Source: Chrysomallon squamiferum (taxonomy: Eukaryota > Animalia > Mollusca). Taken from it: a stretch of DNA of 64,000 bases. The notes under the pieces were generated by a model that had not been told where the DNA came from, ran no database searches, and saw only the letters and a program-made list of their open reading frames with translations. The first letter of the stretch is position 1. Each line of letters opens with the position of its first letter. This document shows positions 41,801-55,600 of this stretch, in pieces. A program made the position numbers and the translations under genes. The stretch covers positions 6,448,001 to 6,512,000 of the forward strand of contig CM022679.1 of the NCBI GenBank assembly GCA_012295275.1, given 5' to 3'.

Positions 41801-42763
41801 TAACAAAAGGTGAACTGGTTATGCTTGGGGTTATTTTTCACTTTCCCCCCCAAACACATAAATTTAGTTCAAACTTGTATTTAATTAATAATGTTTGACT
41901 GTACTCGGTTGGGTAAGACTTATGGTTGTAACAGTAACACTATGAAAATAAACCAATGAAGAGAACAAAAATTATTAAAGAAACAGTGAAAAATTCCTTC
42001 ATATAAATTACACTCCATGCTTATGTGATAATTATATCTCATACTTGAGACTGTTATATTTTAATTATATTACATCAATATTATATCTCATAATTGTAAT
42101 ATATACAATAGAAAATACAGAATTAAAGCACACCTACCTCTGATATTCAACTGTATAATATGTAATTGTCACATGATTGTCAATGTAGTGATAAATAATT
42201 ACACACACACACACAGACATATATATATAATTGTTAAAGACTGTTATTTAATTATTTATCACTACATAGACAATCATGTGACAATTACATATTATACAGT
42301 TGAATATCAGAGGTAGGTGTGCTTTAATTCTGTATTTTCATATTTCAAGTATTTCCATGACAGGGTTATTTACAGAACTTTGCTCAAAAGAAAATTAATA
42401 AGAAGACTTACCCCACCTCTTAACAATGTACAGAAGTCATCCTAAACAAAATCCAATGTCTAGTCCACTAATACTATCAGATAAAGGTTGTAAGTAGCAG
42501 TGCATTTTGATGCATTGTTAATCTGACACACTTGTATGTATAGTTAATTATCTATCAATTGTATAAACCATCTGTGTGATGTATCAGCTGGTTATATCAA
42601 ACATTATTTTTTTTATCAGTATCAGTTCATATCCAATATCAGTCACTCACTGATATTTTTCCCCTGTTTTATTTAATTAATTAATGAATTTATTTTTTTT
42701 TTTTTATCACTTTTAATTTATCATTTTTAATTCTATCTTTTACGTCGAGTACTACTCATAATA

Positions 42764-42832
<69 letters not shown>

Positions 42833-43452
42833 ACTAATAAATAATTTAAAACGTTGATGACTTTGTCAAAATTTTAACATTGCACAGATAACAGAATTGA
42901 TAAATGAAAGTTCAGTTATCAAAGTCTATATCCAACACTTAAGAAATAATAATTTGCCCTCATTTTTATTAAAAACAACAATTTAATATTTTTATATATC
43001 TTATAATCACTATAAACAGAGGCAAGATATGATGACTAGATAAATTTCTGTGTTTTTGGTCAATAACTATTTTCATTTCAATAAGTTATATATATTGTTC
43101 AAAGTTACTTCTTCAGTAGTTAATTGCTGGTTAAGATCTCAAAAGACTGTTCTGAAAAAAAATTGTATTTACAATATAATTAATAAATTGTTATTTAAGA
43201 ACTATTTGGCTTTGATATTTTTGTAGGTAAAAATGAAATCAATAAATATGAATTTACTACTGTAGAAAGCATTTAATTTAATTTAGTTTTTGTATTATAG
43301 GATTATGGGATAAAAGAAATAACTGATTATTGTCTTAAAATAACACCTTTATCCTGATTAGGTTAAATAGTGAAGACAGCTCAAAAGGGCCTCACTGCAT
43401 TCAGTCATTCTAACCTTCCCAGGATACAGCTCATATATAAAGACCTTAGCTA

Positions 43453-43485
<33 letters not shown>

Positions 43486-46400
43486 TGATTTAAATATAAG
43501 AAGGACATAAGTGAATAAATATTTACTATATTTTCAGCAAAATAAATAAATATCAATATAACGAGATACTAAATAACTATAAAATAATAAAATGTGAATA
43601 TCAAAAAATAAAATAATAAATTAATAATAAAAATATTGTTATTGTTTTTTTTAAACATTAATTTATTTATAATTTCATTTCAATATTTGTTAATAATTTA
43701 TAACGTGTTTATTTTAATTTATAAAAACTTTAAATCACTTTATTAAAAAAATGTTTTAGTATTTTTATATGTATTACTGTTTTATTATTGTTTTTAGGAA
43801 ATAGTTCTAGGAAATAGTATAATTAAAATCAGTGATTAAAATAATAATTTAAAAACCGTTTTAAAAAGTCCAATAATTAGCATAACACACCAAATAATTT
43901 GTCCTGACTTTTTAAAATTTATGTAAATATTTCTATGTTTTGTTAATAATTTGTCAAATATTGTTTATTTATGATGATCAAGTGTTTATTTATTTATAAC
44001 ATTCTGCTATCTACTATCATATGTTATCACTGACATTGTTAGATAACTGGCTTAGTGATCTGTACACAATAAATATTTATTTCTTGCAGAATAGTTTTTA
44101 TGGATTACAATCTTTATTTGAATGCATTGCTTTAGCAACATGCCACACCCTGTTAATAAACACAATAAGTTCAAATGAATGACTAAGTAAATACACATGA
44201 GCTATAAATATTTTTTAATTTGAAAGAGTTTATTTTAAGCAAAATATTTCTGTTCACATGATTTTAATATCAAACTATAATAAAATCTGATTCTGTAAAA
44301 ATAATTAAAAATTCCAACTTCCAGCCTTACTTTACAAGTTTTAAAACAATGTAAAAAAAGCAACACACACACACATTTATAAATTTTACTATTAAGTCAA
44401 CCTGAATACATTTTGGCTGCATTTTCTTCTTAATTAAAAGTTCTTTTATACTGTCTGCTTATTAACAGTTTGTTTAAATTTATTATTAATAATAATTCTA
44501 CTGCTCTGACAAAACTCTGTCTGCTTAATAACAATTCCATTATATTGACTATTAACAACTTTTGTTTCATAACTAATTTAGAAACTTTTCCTTCTGAAAT
44601 ATTTTGCTACACTATTAATAAAATGTTCATTACATCTGCTAGATAAAAATGTTTTACTACAGAAACAGTTATTTTATGTCTTTGAAGGAATGAGGGTAGC
44701 CTAAAGCAAAGAAACTATTAAAATATTCCAACATGTGTCATCTCAGTGGAACCTACAATCTGATATGCAACATTTGTGCTTTGTGATTTCATGCTCTGAT
44801 AGAGTAAAGATGTGACAGCACTTAATCCATTGTTAAAGCTGCTGAATATCTGGAAGCAGTTTATTTATTGTTATAAACTTTCATATATTTAGCAACCAAA
44901 AACCATAAAATGATGGGATCAATTTAAGTAGTTGTTCAAATTCATAACTAACTTTGATTTACATGAATATTCTTTAGTGTTTGTGAACTGTATTAATACA
45001 TTAAGTTGCTGGATGTACAGAATACACAGAAATGTCAACGGAAGTTTTAAGCTAGCAGACAATATATATTTTTGTGTTTTTTTAAATTGTTTAAATCCAG
45101 TGATAACTTTGGTTTTCTTAGATGTTGTTTGATATATGCGAATTAAAATATTTCATGATTTACTTTTAATATTAAAACACTTTATTTATTATTTTGTGTG
45201 AAAAAAAAAAAAGTACTGTAACAGTACTGACATTCATTCAAAATATAAAACTTAGCCATGAAAAAAAACTGGATCAAAATAAATCAGGTTTTAGTTTGAA
45301 CCAAATTTTGTCTTCAACCAACAAAATAAAACCAAAATTTTTTAAATCAAGACTTACCTTCATATCAGTTAACCAGAATACTGTCAAGCAACAAAGAATG
45401 TTATTTCCACAATGAAAACTGAAACTCCATAACATTTCAAACTCTAAAACATAACTCAGTACAAACACATACACTATGTGATAAATAAAATACACAAAAT
45501 CATTCATCAAATAAAATATGATTATTAACAGTCTAAATGTAAATATCACTATTTCTGATCCAGTAAACAAAATGCACCATTTCAGGTCATACACTGCAGT
45601 TTTGTTATTATTCAATTTCTCCTGTTTGTGACTATTATGTATACTGAGATTGGCGGCTGTTTTCAATTCACAGCTTGTGAAATGTCTTATTGATTTACAG
45701 TCATTCTATCTTACTGAATTTCACAAACATAAAAAAAAATAAATTGAATGGTACCAGGTGTTTTGATGACTGTACGGTTAAAAATATTTTATTATTTTGT
45801 TGATATGACATATATTTGGAGGAAACCTGAGGAGCAAAATCTTATTGATATAATTATTATGATTAAAGAAAGAAGTAATTATTTCCTTTTATTATTCTGC
45901 ATGCTCAAGTATTTGTTTTTCTTTAAAAAATAAAACAATAAAGCCTTTTTGTGTTTAGTATGAACCTCATTTTACTAAATAGTATTATTATTTGTATAAA
46001 ATCTTTTTTAAATTTTGAATATTTTAAACAGACAGATAAGCAAACAATATTTTATTACTGTGTCTATCAAAGAAAAAAAAAATGTCATGATCTTTATACT
46101 TTCAATTAGTTTTTCAAGTCACTGTGATTTAACAAACACCCCTCCCACACACACATATACACATACAAACAGACATAAAAGCAGATGTCTGTATACCCAC
46201 CAATAAAAACAGTACATACAGAGATATATAGAGAGATAGAAAGAAAGAGGGAGGTTATTTTCTACTTTTTGGGGGGAGAAATTTCTGGTACAAGGTGACA
46301 CACAAAATTTACTTGTACTGCTGGGATCAGATCAAGTTTCACCTACAACTTTAACCCTGCCATTGTAATAAGCAAAAGGCAGGTTTATGTGTTTACATAC

Positions 46401-46894
46401 AACTATTACATTTTTTTGTTGAAATTTAAGTCAAAACCTTTTTAGAGCTTATGTGATTTATGCACAACAGAAATACCATGTGTAAAATTATCTTAAATAT
46501 CTAAAACATTAAACAAAACCATTTCAGTATATTTACATTATACTGATTCTACCATCCCATTAACTTTATTATAGTGGGTCACTACTATTATGTTATTAAT
46601 AAGAAAAAAAAAATAATATGGTTATAATTTGAATCACTGTGTCAGGAAAAATCATTACTGGTTGAAAGTCATGCTAATTTATTCTGAAATAATTTGTATT
46701 AGTATTGATTAATAAATATTATTATTATATTTTTAAAGTCAATTTCTGAAATTATTCTAAAAAAATAAGAAATATATTAAATCTCACCTTTGATGTAATA
46801 TAATCATATTTAAAAATAAAATATCTATGTAATGCTAAAGCTTACCTTTTGATGTATGTTTCAATTTAAAAAAAATATAATCATGTTCTTGTGT

Positions 46895-46961
<67 letters not shown>

Positions 46962-49900
46962 ATCCTGCAATCACATTATGTAGTGGCAAAATAAGATGAT
47001 GAGATGAATTTCTATATTTTCAGGTCCTGACCAAACATAAGCTTTTTGGGACAGAACTGCATTTACTAAAAAAAATACTTGTTATTGACATATTGCTCTA
47101 AGTTCCATCTTTTGGATTCAACTGGTGATTTAAATCTTAAAAGACCATTTTGAAAAAAACAAATAAACTGTTGTTATTTAATTGCAGAATAAAAGAAGTA
47201 ACTGGTTACTGTCTTAAGCTATCAGCTTTATTCAACTTAGGTGGTATGGCTCATTGCAGCTTGGCTGAATCAGCCCTTTCTTTCCTTCACAGAATTTAAC
47301 TATCTTAAGACAGTAACCAGTTATTCTCAGAATATATTAGTGACTTAAAAGTTATCATATTGTTCCAAAAAAAATTAAATCTTACCTTTTGATATATCTT
47401 CTGAAAGCTGTTTGGATTGTGATGTTTGACTTGCACACTTTGAGAAATCTCTTTCGAGCAAGAAATGTCCGCATGGATTTCTGAATCCGGATGACAGCAT
47501 CAAGCTGGATTTTCAGAGCTTGTCTATCAAGATGTTGCTCAAAATTCTCTTTCATGAACACCTGAGGAGAAACATTGTCATAGTTTTGAAATTCAGATTC
47601 AGAGAGAGAATAATCCGTTGGTGGAAGAAAAGAAGAGTAAGAGTCTGAGTCAGACTGCAGGTCAAGGTCACTGTATGAGTGTTGCTGTCTGAGAGCTAGC
47701 TGAATGGAATTTAGATACTTCTGGACCGTTTCCTTCGTATTTGGTTTTTCATGGCTGATGTTGAACTGCATGTACCCTAGTCTTCTCTTCATTGTGATAT
47801 ATTTATTTCATTTTTTACTTTGAAATTTACCTTTAATATTTATAGAGACTTGTTTAATTATCTTTTACTGGCTAATTTATTACTTATTTCATCTTAATGT
47901 AAAATGCTCATGCAGACAGAAACCAAAACAAATATATTATTTTCTTTGGTTATAACAGACTTTGATATGTTAGTAATTGAAAAAAAAAAAAAAAAAAAAA
48001 AAAATTCAATGAAATAATAAATGTGGAAAAACGATGCAGTAATATTATAATTTATTTTTCAAATTTTGTTAAGGTTTCAGTGATAATTATTTATTTTCCA
48101 TCACAGTTTTTATTTCTGAGTGACAATTTGGTAAAAAAAAAGTTGTATTTAATAAAATTATAAAGATTTTCCTAACAAAAGACCTATTAAACTATTAGAT
48201 ATAAATGTAATTATTATAATATAGTTAATTATGTAATCCTTTATGGCAACCATCTTAGATAACATATAAATTTTTATTCCTTTGTTTTATCTCATTATAG
48301 AAAGAGAAAGAAAGGAATTAAGAGTGAAAAATAGCTATTCGATAATTACTTCAAGCAAATAAAGTTAATGTTTTTGACTAGGATTATAAATAGGCAATTT
48401 AATATCAGTTTGTCTTTCAACAGCAATATAGAACACAGACTTTTATATCTACTCCCAGAAAATATATCTCATTTTTTGAGAAACTAAATTTGACAGTATT
48501 AATATCTATTTTGCAGCCAGTGATGAACCACAACATCAGTGGGTTTTTATATAAAGAAAAAAAAAATTAACCAAATAAGCATCCCAGAAAACAAATTATC
48601 CTAGAGTAATATATTTCAGGTGGAACCAAAACTAATTTAAATTATAATTTCTCAGTCTTAGAAGTGCTTCATCTTTCTGCAGCAATATGAAGATGGAAAA
48701 CTGAGCAAAAATGAATTAACTCCAAATTCCTCCTGGAATACATTAAATTAAATAATATGAATGTTAAATTGTCACCAGTAATATCTCTTTGTTTCCAAAC
48801 ACAAAACAAGATTCAAAACAAGAAGCAGAGAAAATGAATAATCCAACTAAAACACAAATGATAAAGAGAATTTCCTATGAATACTTCAGCCAATTGGACA
48901 AATAGTTGTATGTTAAAATCCTTCTCAGAAAGAATGAGAAACACACAGGTTAAAACTTGGTAGGTGGTGACAAGACAATGGTTTCATCTGACATGTAGAG
49001 ATACATATGTAGTCTTTCATAGTTTTTACTGCAAGTCATTCATCATAGTTCAGACAAGACTAAACCATAAATATATTTCACTTTTTACAAAGTGACAGCA
49101 TTTCCCTGCTCTCAGATTTCTATTCTCCAAGAAAAAAAAAGTTTTAAAAGCTGTAAAATATTTCCATTACAGCAAAATGTTATTCATTTACTGTATAAAA
49201 AATATTTAATTAAAGTTTTGTCACTTTTAAATAAAATATAGTTTTTGAAATTCAGCAGTTTTCAACCAATTAACCTGTCTTGTTTCTGAAGTCCTGTCAA
49301 CATTTGTGTTTGTGTGGACAAACTGGAGGGCCATCCTTCAAATGAACCTGCATTTTTGTCATGTGAACAGTTTAATGTACATTATATTTGGGACTACAAC
49401 AACTGTAGCATGATTAATTTATTTTGTTAACAAAGGTCAAATGTCATTGTTGTAACTAGACAGAAAGTTGACTGTTCTATTCCATACAGGTAATATTTAC
49501 ACTCAAACAAATCTAAAAAAACAGAAATGTCCTCTCTGGTTTGTTTTTTTTTGAAGAAAAAAATGTAAATAATTCTAACATTTTATTCAGATCTTATTAA
49601 GCAGTTGTTTAAGTTCAGTAAATAGAGATTTTGAACAGATTAATATGAAAGCAAAACGGAATAAAATAAAGATTACAAATATTTGTATTTGAGTTCCGGA
49701 ATTCTGCAGACTGTTCTTTGTTATTGTAAATAAGTGAGAAATATAAAGAATTCAGTGAAATAATTTTAATATTTAATTTCATTAAAAATGTCATTAGAAT
49801 CATTCCTGTAGTCATTATCATAACTATTAAAGTCTTAATTTCATCATCACCATTGTTATATTTTTATAAATATAATTTCATGTTATTATTAGCATTATCA

Positions 49901-52575
49901 TTATCATTTTTTTCTTTAGTGCAAAAATGCCTTACTTTTATATATTAAAAGAAATATAAACTTGAATTATAAAGATAGCTTAGCATAATGCTTTGTTTAA
50001 CAAAAAATTAAATACATATATTTTAATTTGGTACTGTTAAATGAGCAAAATATTAGGTTTTATTTATGACAGGGTATTTTAACTTCTTAAAAATAATTCA
50101 ATGTATTAGAATATCATGGATTTATTATTAGTACTATTATTATTATTTTAATTTCTTTGATGATTAAACTAAAATTTTTAATAATTTTATGAATGTTACT
50201 TAAAAACAAATTATTATTAGTACTTATTTCATTGTTGTTGTTGTTGTTATCATTATTTAGCTTTTAATGTTATGATTCATTTATATTTATATATTTTTTT
50301 AATGACACCCCAACACAAAAATAAAATCTGGCTATCAAGTTTCATTGAAATGTAAATAAAAGATATTAATTTTAAAATAAGTTAGAGTAAATTGTTGAGG
50401 TGTAATACTCATATAATACATTGAAAAATAAATATTATTATCTCTGATACTTTTACAATTTCATATAAAATGCAGTAACTTTTAAACAATTTAAAAACAG
50501 ATGTGGATGAAATCTAAACATTATTATTACAGTTTCTCACTGGTTTTATGTCCAGACAATACACCAAAATGTGAGATACTGTCAAGAAACATTGACAGCT
50601 ACCATAATGAGGTGGGAGATCCTTTTTCAAAATAAAAATATTCATTAAATAAGTATGACCAATAGGAGAACAACACAAGACAACTTCATCCTTCCTTGAC
50701 TGTTTGTAAATTAGTTTCCCCAAACTGGCTTTTCCAGTCACCTTTGCCAGTCAGAGATACTATTTTTATTAATACTTTGTTTAAAATCCATGTATGGGAC
50801 AACCATACTAGCATGATGCAAATTCAAAGCAGCCTTAGCGGGTAGGTTTGGATATTCATTGCCCATAATACCAACATCACTGGATAATACTTCTGAAAGC
50901 AACTGAAGTGGCAATCAAGATACAAAAGCTCATAATACAAGTGATATATAATATTGGTATATAAAGTTTCATATTCTCTGATGCATTTAGTGTGTTACTT
51001 CCTAGTTGAGCAAATTGAAATATAAACAAGTTCATACTATTGACACCTTTAGCCATTCAACAGTACTCATTTCATAAGTTTATAAATTACTGGCTTATTA
51101 TCAAGATGAATAACATAAAATTGTTACCTAGCTTCTGCATAAAAATTAAGAAAATAAATGTTTTATTAAACTGCATACATTAAATTTTAATAAGTTTATG
51201 AATGTTACTTAAAAACAAATAAGTACGACCAATATGAGAACAACACAAGACAACTTCATTCTTCGACTGTCTGAAGGTCAGTTTCCCAAAACTGGATTGT
51301 TGTAGTCACCTTGCCAATCAGAGATAATATTTTTTATTAATACTTTGATTAAAATCCATGTAAGGGACAACCTTAGTAGCATGATGCAAATTCAAAGAGC
51401 CTTAGCAGGTAGGTTTGGATATTCATAGCCCATACTACCAATATGACTGAGTAGCCAACAAAAACAAGCTTTTTAGATGCCAAAAAAGATATGGTTTTGT
51501 ATCACCTTCCCAGTTAAGTCAGGTTCCAGCTTCAAACTGCATAAAGTTTTGAGGATATATAAAAGTAAGTCTGTATAAATAATAAATCTGAATATATCTG
51601 AATGCTTAATTCTTTCCAGGGTTTCAGTAATTGCCTGTATTTCAGCAGTGAAAACTGATACTGAATCAGGCAGTCTCTTACAAATTGTTTCAGATGGGAA
51701 CACTGTAACAGAAGAATTATATGTATCTGTATCTGTATCTATATACATATTTATTTATTTATTTGGGAATTTTTGACAGGATGTTTCTTTGTATTTATAC
51801 AGTTTGCTGAACATTTTTTTCTGAAAACTGTATTATTATTATTATTATGATTCCATTATTAATGAATACATTGTCAGTTATACATATAAAAATATTTTAT
51901 CTCAATACCAACAGAAAAAAACTATCAAAACTCACACGTAACAGAGCTAAATTTAACTAAAAGCATGCTGATCAAAATATTGTTTTTTAATTGACACTTT
52001 TGATGTAAGTAAACCAAAACAATGTGTAATAATGAAACTATGCGACAGTTCATAAATATGCTATGAATTCTGACTGTCAACAGAATGTGTGAATGACATT
52101 TACCTTAATATGCTGCTTTTTTTTGTTTTGGTGTTAGGAAGGTAGATTATATGTCTATGATTTGTTCATTTTTTCCTAAAATTCTAAGACTCTTTAATAT
52201 TTAATTATTTTTTGTATCCTTAATATTAAAGAAAGGTTATTTAGAATTCTAGTTTTCTTCATTAATTTTACAGAGGTATAAATAATAAATATTTAGTATC
52301 TGATTTTGTTTAAAATCCTATAAATCAATATATTATAGTATTTCTAATTTTATTTAATGCTACAATTTTTCAGCATTCAATCTTAAATCCTTCTTTTCAG
52401 TTGGATATTTAGATCTAAATTTTTCAGATTTATTAAAACTTTAAATATGAGTGTTAGTTTGAAAAAAAAACCACACTCAACACTTTCAGTTTTTAATCCC
52501 ATAAATCACATATTCTGGGAATTTTAAAGTTAAAAAACCTTTTTTTTTCAAAATCAATCTGTGTGTGTGTGTGTT

Positions 52576-52619
<44 letters not shown>

Positions 52620-55600
52620 AATATATAGATTTTTGAAAAAAAAAAAATGTATTTGTTGGATTAGATGTGAAATTCTAGGTTTTGGAACTAGTTTTAGCTA
52701 AAAGTCACTTTACCATTATTTTATGTAACTTGAATCCAACACAATAAATTGTTTTTCAGAATGTAAACATTCACAATGAAAAATATGAATGTGGTCATAC
52801 TGTAAGCTCTACATCTAAAGCAACTGACAGGAATATTCAATGAAATTAATACAGAGACTGAATATGTTGTTTCACAAGGAAACTGAACTCTTCAGAAGCA
52901 TATCAGGCTTTGACTAATGAAAATGAAGTGAAAACATTTTAAAATTCAATGAACTTTTATACTTGATGTGTATTTCTTTACTGAGCATAAGAGAAATTAT
53001 TCCATTAATCAACAAATTCAAAACAAAATTTAGATTTTCATTACCTTTGTGGCTCCTATCTGGTATTGATCAGCAAACTCTGGACCCTGAGTTTCCAGGA
53101 TTTTAGAGCACACTTCAGATGGTAATGTAGAAGGTGAGATGATGAATTTCCTAGCCAGACACCGATATCTGTCAAAATGAAACAAAAAAAAGTATCATTT
53201 ACATGGAAATGGTCAGTTATGTACAGATTTGTGATTGGGTGGATAGGTTGCTGGTTAAAATGATGGAGGACAAGAATGAAGCACAGTCTGGTCAACAGAT
53301 GAAACAAATTAATTATTGGGAGTAAGTGAATAAATTAATTAATAAATTAACAGATAACAAAATGAATGGAATGGTGGATGCATGGCCACAACAATTACTG
53401 TTGACAGATGGATATATTAATAAAAACATATGAACTAATTGAAAGGAACTACAAAATGTGCTGGACTTAAATAAAGCACATCTGTAAAGATGTTTCCTGC
53501 AATAAACTGACCTGTCAATGAAGTGAGGAAACTTGATTCTGACAGGATACCCCATCTTGCGTATTCTGATGGTCTCCAGCATCCCACTGTATCTGAGCTG
53601 ATCGTGAACCACATCATCCTCAAACAACATCGCTGTCTTGCTGGAATTAGGCTTGATGCATCTCACAAAGTATGGATTACATCTGCAGTAAGATATATTC
53701 AGTGATGAAGTATCTTTGTTACTGAATATTTTAATCATTTATTTAATTACATTAATTATAAATTTGTAATAATAGTTAATGACAGTAGTAATAGTAAAAG
53801 GGGCTGTAACCATGGGTTTTAAAATCATCTACTACTATTATTACAGCTAAATCTTACAACAACACCTTACAGCTACTACAATTATTCCTTGTAGTACTGT
53901 TACTCCAACTACAATGACTACTAACACTGTTATTATCACCACCTCTACTACTACCTCTATCACTATTCCCACCATTACTACTATCACTACCACTACCACT
54001 ACTAATTCCATCAGAACTTCCATCACTTCTGATACAACAAACAGAAAGCTCACCGTGACATGGTGTCAATGAGAGACAGAAGAGATTCAGTGAAGCTGGC
54101 AGCCACTGTAGGTTTCTGTGGTTTTAGAGTCACATAGCGACCAGTTGTCTTACTCAGAGTCTTTGTAATCAGTCTGTCCCTCATGTCCTTAAACATCTGA
54201 GATATCATCTGAAAAAGGCAAAACAAACAAATGTTTAATTAAAAAAAAGGATTGTTGAATGTTTAATGGGATATTCCTGATTTAAAAAAACCCTGTTATC
54301 TATGGTCTTTTAAAGATGATTATATTTTCAAAACATTAATATCTGGTTTTTAGGTTGGAAATATTTGTTTTCTTTGATCTTAAGAACTAGTGGAGGAAAA
54401 ATGATGAATGATTGAATGATTTATTGAATGAATTTCAGCAACTGTAGGTCTCAAGTGCATGTTTCTCTCTTCTACAATTTATTATAATTATAGTAATTAC
54501 AACAACAACAACAACAACAATAAATACCTTATTTATTTATTAATAAAAATAACAGTAATTACAGATGCAATAATAAAACAAAAGCTTTAATAACAAAAAT
54601 ACCTTGTTTTTGCTTTCACACAACAGCTCCACAACATCACTTCTCAAAGTGTCTTTGTTTTTCTCCAGGAAATGGTTCACCTGAAATCAAAATCATTATA
54701 AATAATATATTACGAGATTATATAAAATTCCTGTATATTTTATAAGGAAAAAAACAAAAATTAAGAAAAATGACAGAACAAGCCTGAAATGACACCTGAA
54801 TGCTTTGAGAAAAAGATTTATTTTTAAATAAAAAGAAATGTGTATTTAAATAATTTATAACAAAAGATATTATATTAAAACAATTAATATTTGAAAATAT
54901 TTAAATAACAGACATACGTTATATTTAATCTTTCCAGCATAATGCAGGATACAGAACTCGGGGTCTGACATCCGTGGTTTGCTGTACAAACTGTTTTGAT
55001 GATGGTGGTAGTGACATTTCTCCAGGAAAGAGGAATCTGTTGACTGTAAAAAAATAAAATAAAATAAATAAATAAATAAACTAATTATATAATGTGTACT
55101 GGTAATTTAAAAATAAATATTTTAAAATGGTTTTTTAAAACATTTTTTTTTAAATTTGTATAATGATCATTCTTATACACTGCACACACATCACTGTTTA
55201 TTTCAAAACAATGTTTGGAGTATTTGTTTTCATAATGATTCTAACAAAGAATATGTATATGGAGATTTCTGTTAAATAAGATTAATATACTGAACACCTA
55301 TGCAGTTTTCAGGAAAGTAATATAAAGAAGTGCATTTCTGTTAAACATTTATGTAAGTGATAAAAACAGATTTGATTTCGGTTCAAAGTTCAAATAAGTA
55401 ATGTTAACAGAAAGGATTTGCAAAATTTAGATAAATGAGGTTAATAAATAATGGAAGTTTTGAAATTCAATTAAGTTATGTTATCAAAACACTTTTTCAA
55501 ATAATGTTCAGGAAATTATACAGAGGGATTTTACCTGTGGAAAGTTGCACTCATCATCAAGAATGTGAAGGATTCCTGCAGGTTTGGTTGCTATCAGGTC

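Noticed and set aside
45274-45666. 130-aa hydrophobic ORF in the long intron as a nested gene
   Set aside because: F/I/L/Y-rich composition typical of AT-rich non-coding DNA, non-ATG start, no recognisable domain.
53847-54069. Val-rich and Ser/Gly-rich ORFs
   Set aside because: Products of a degenerate trinucleotide repeat in an intron.
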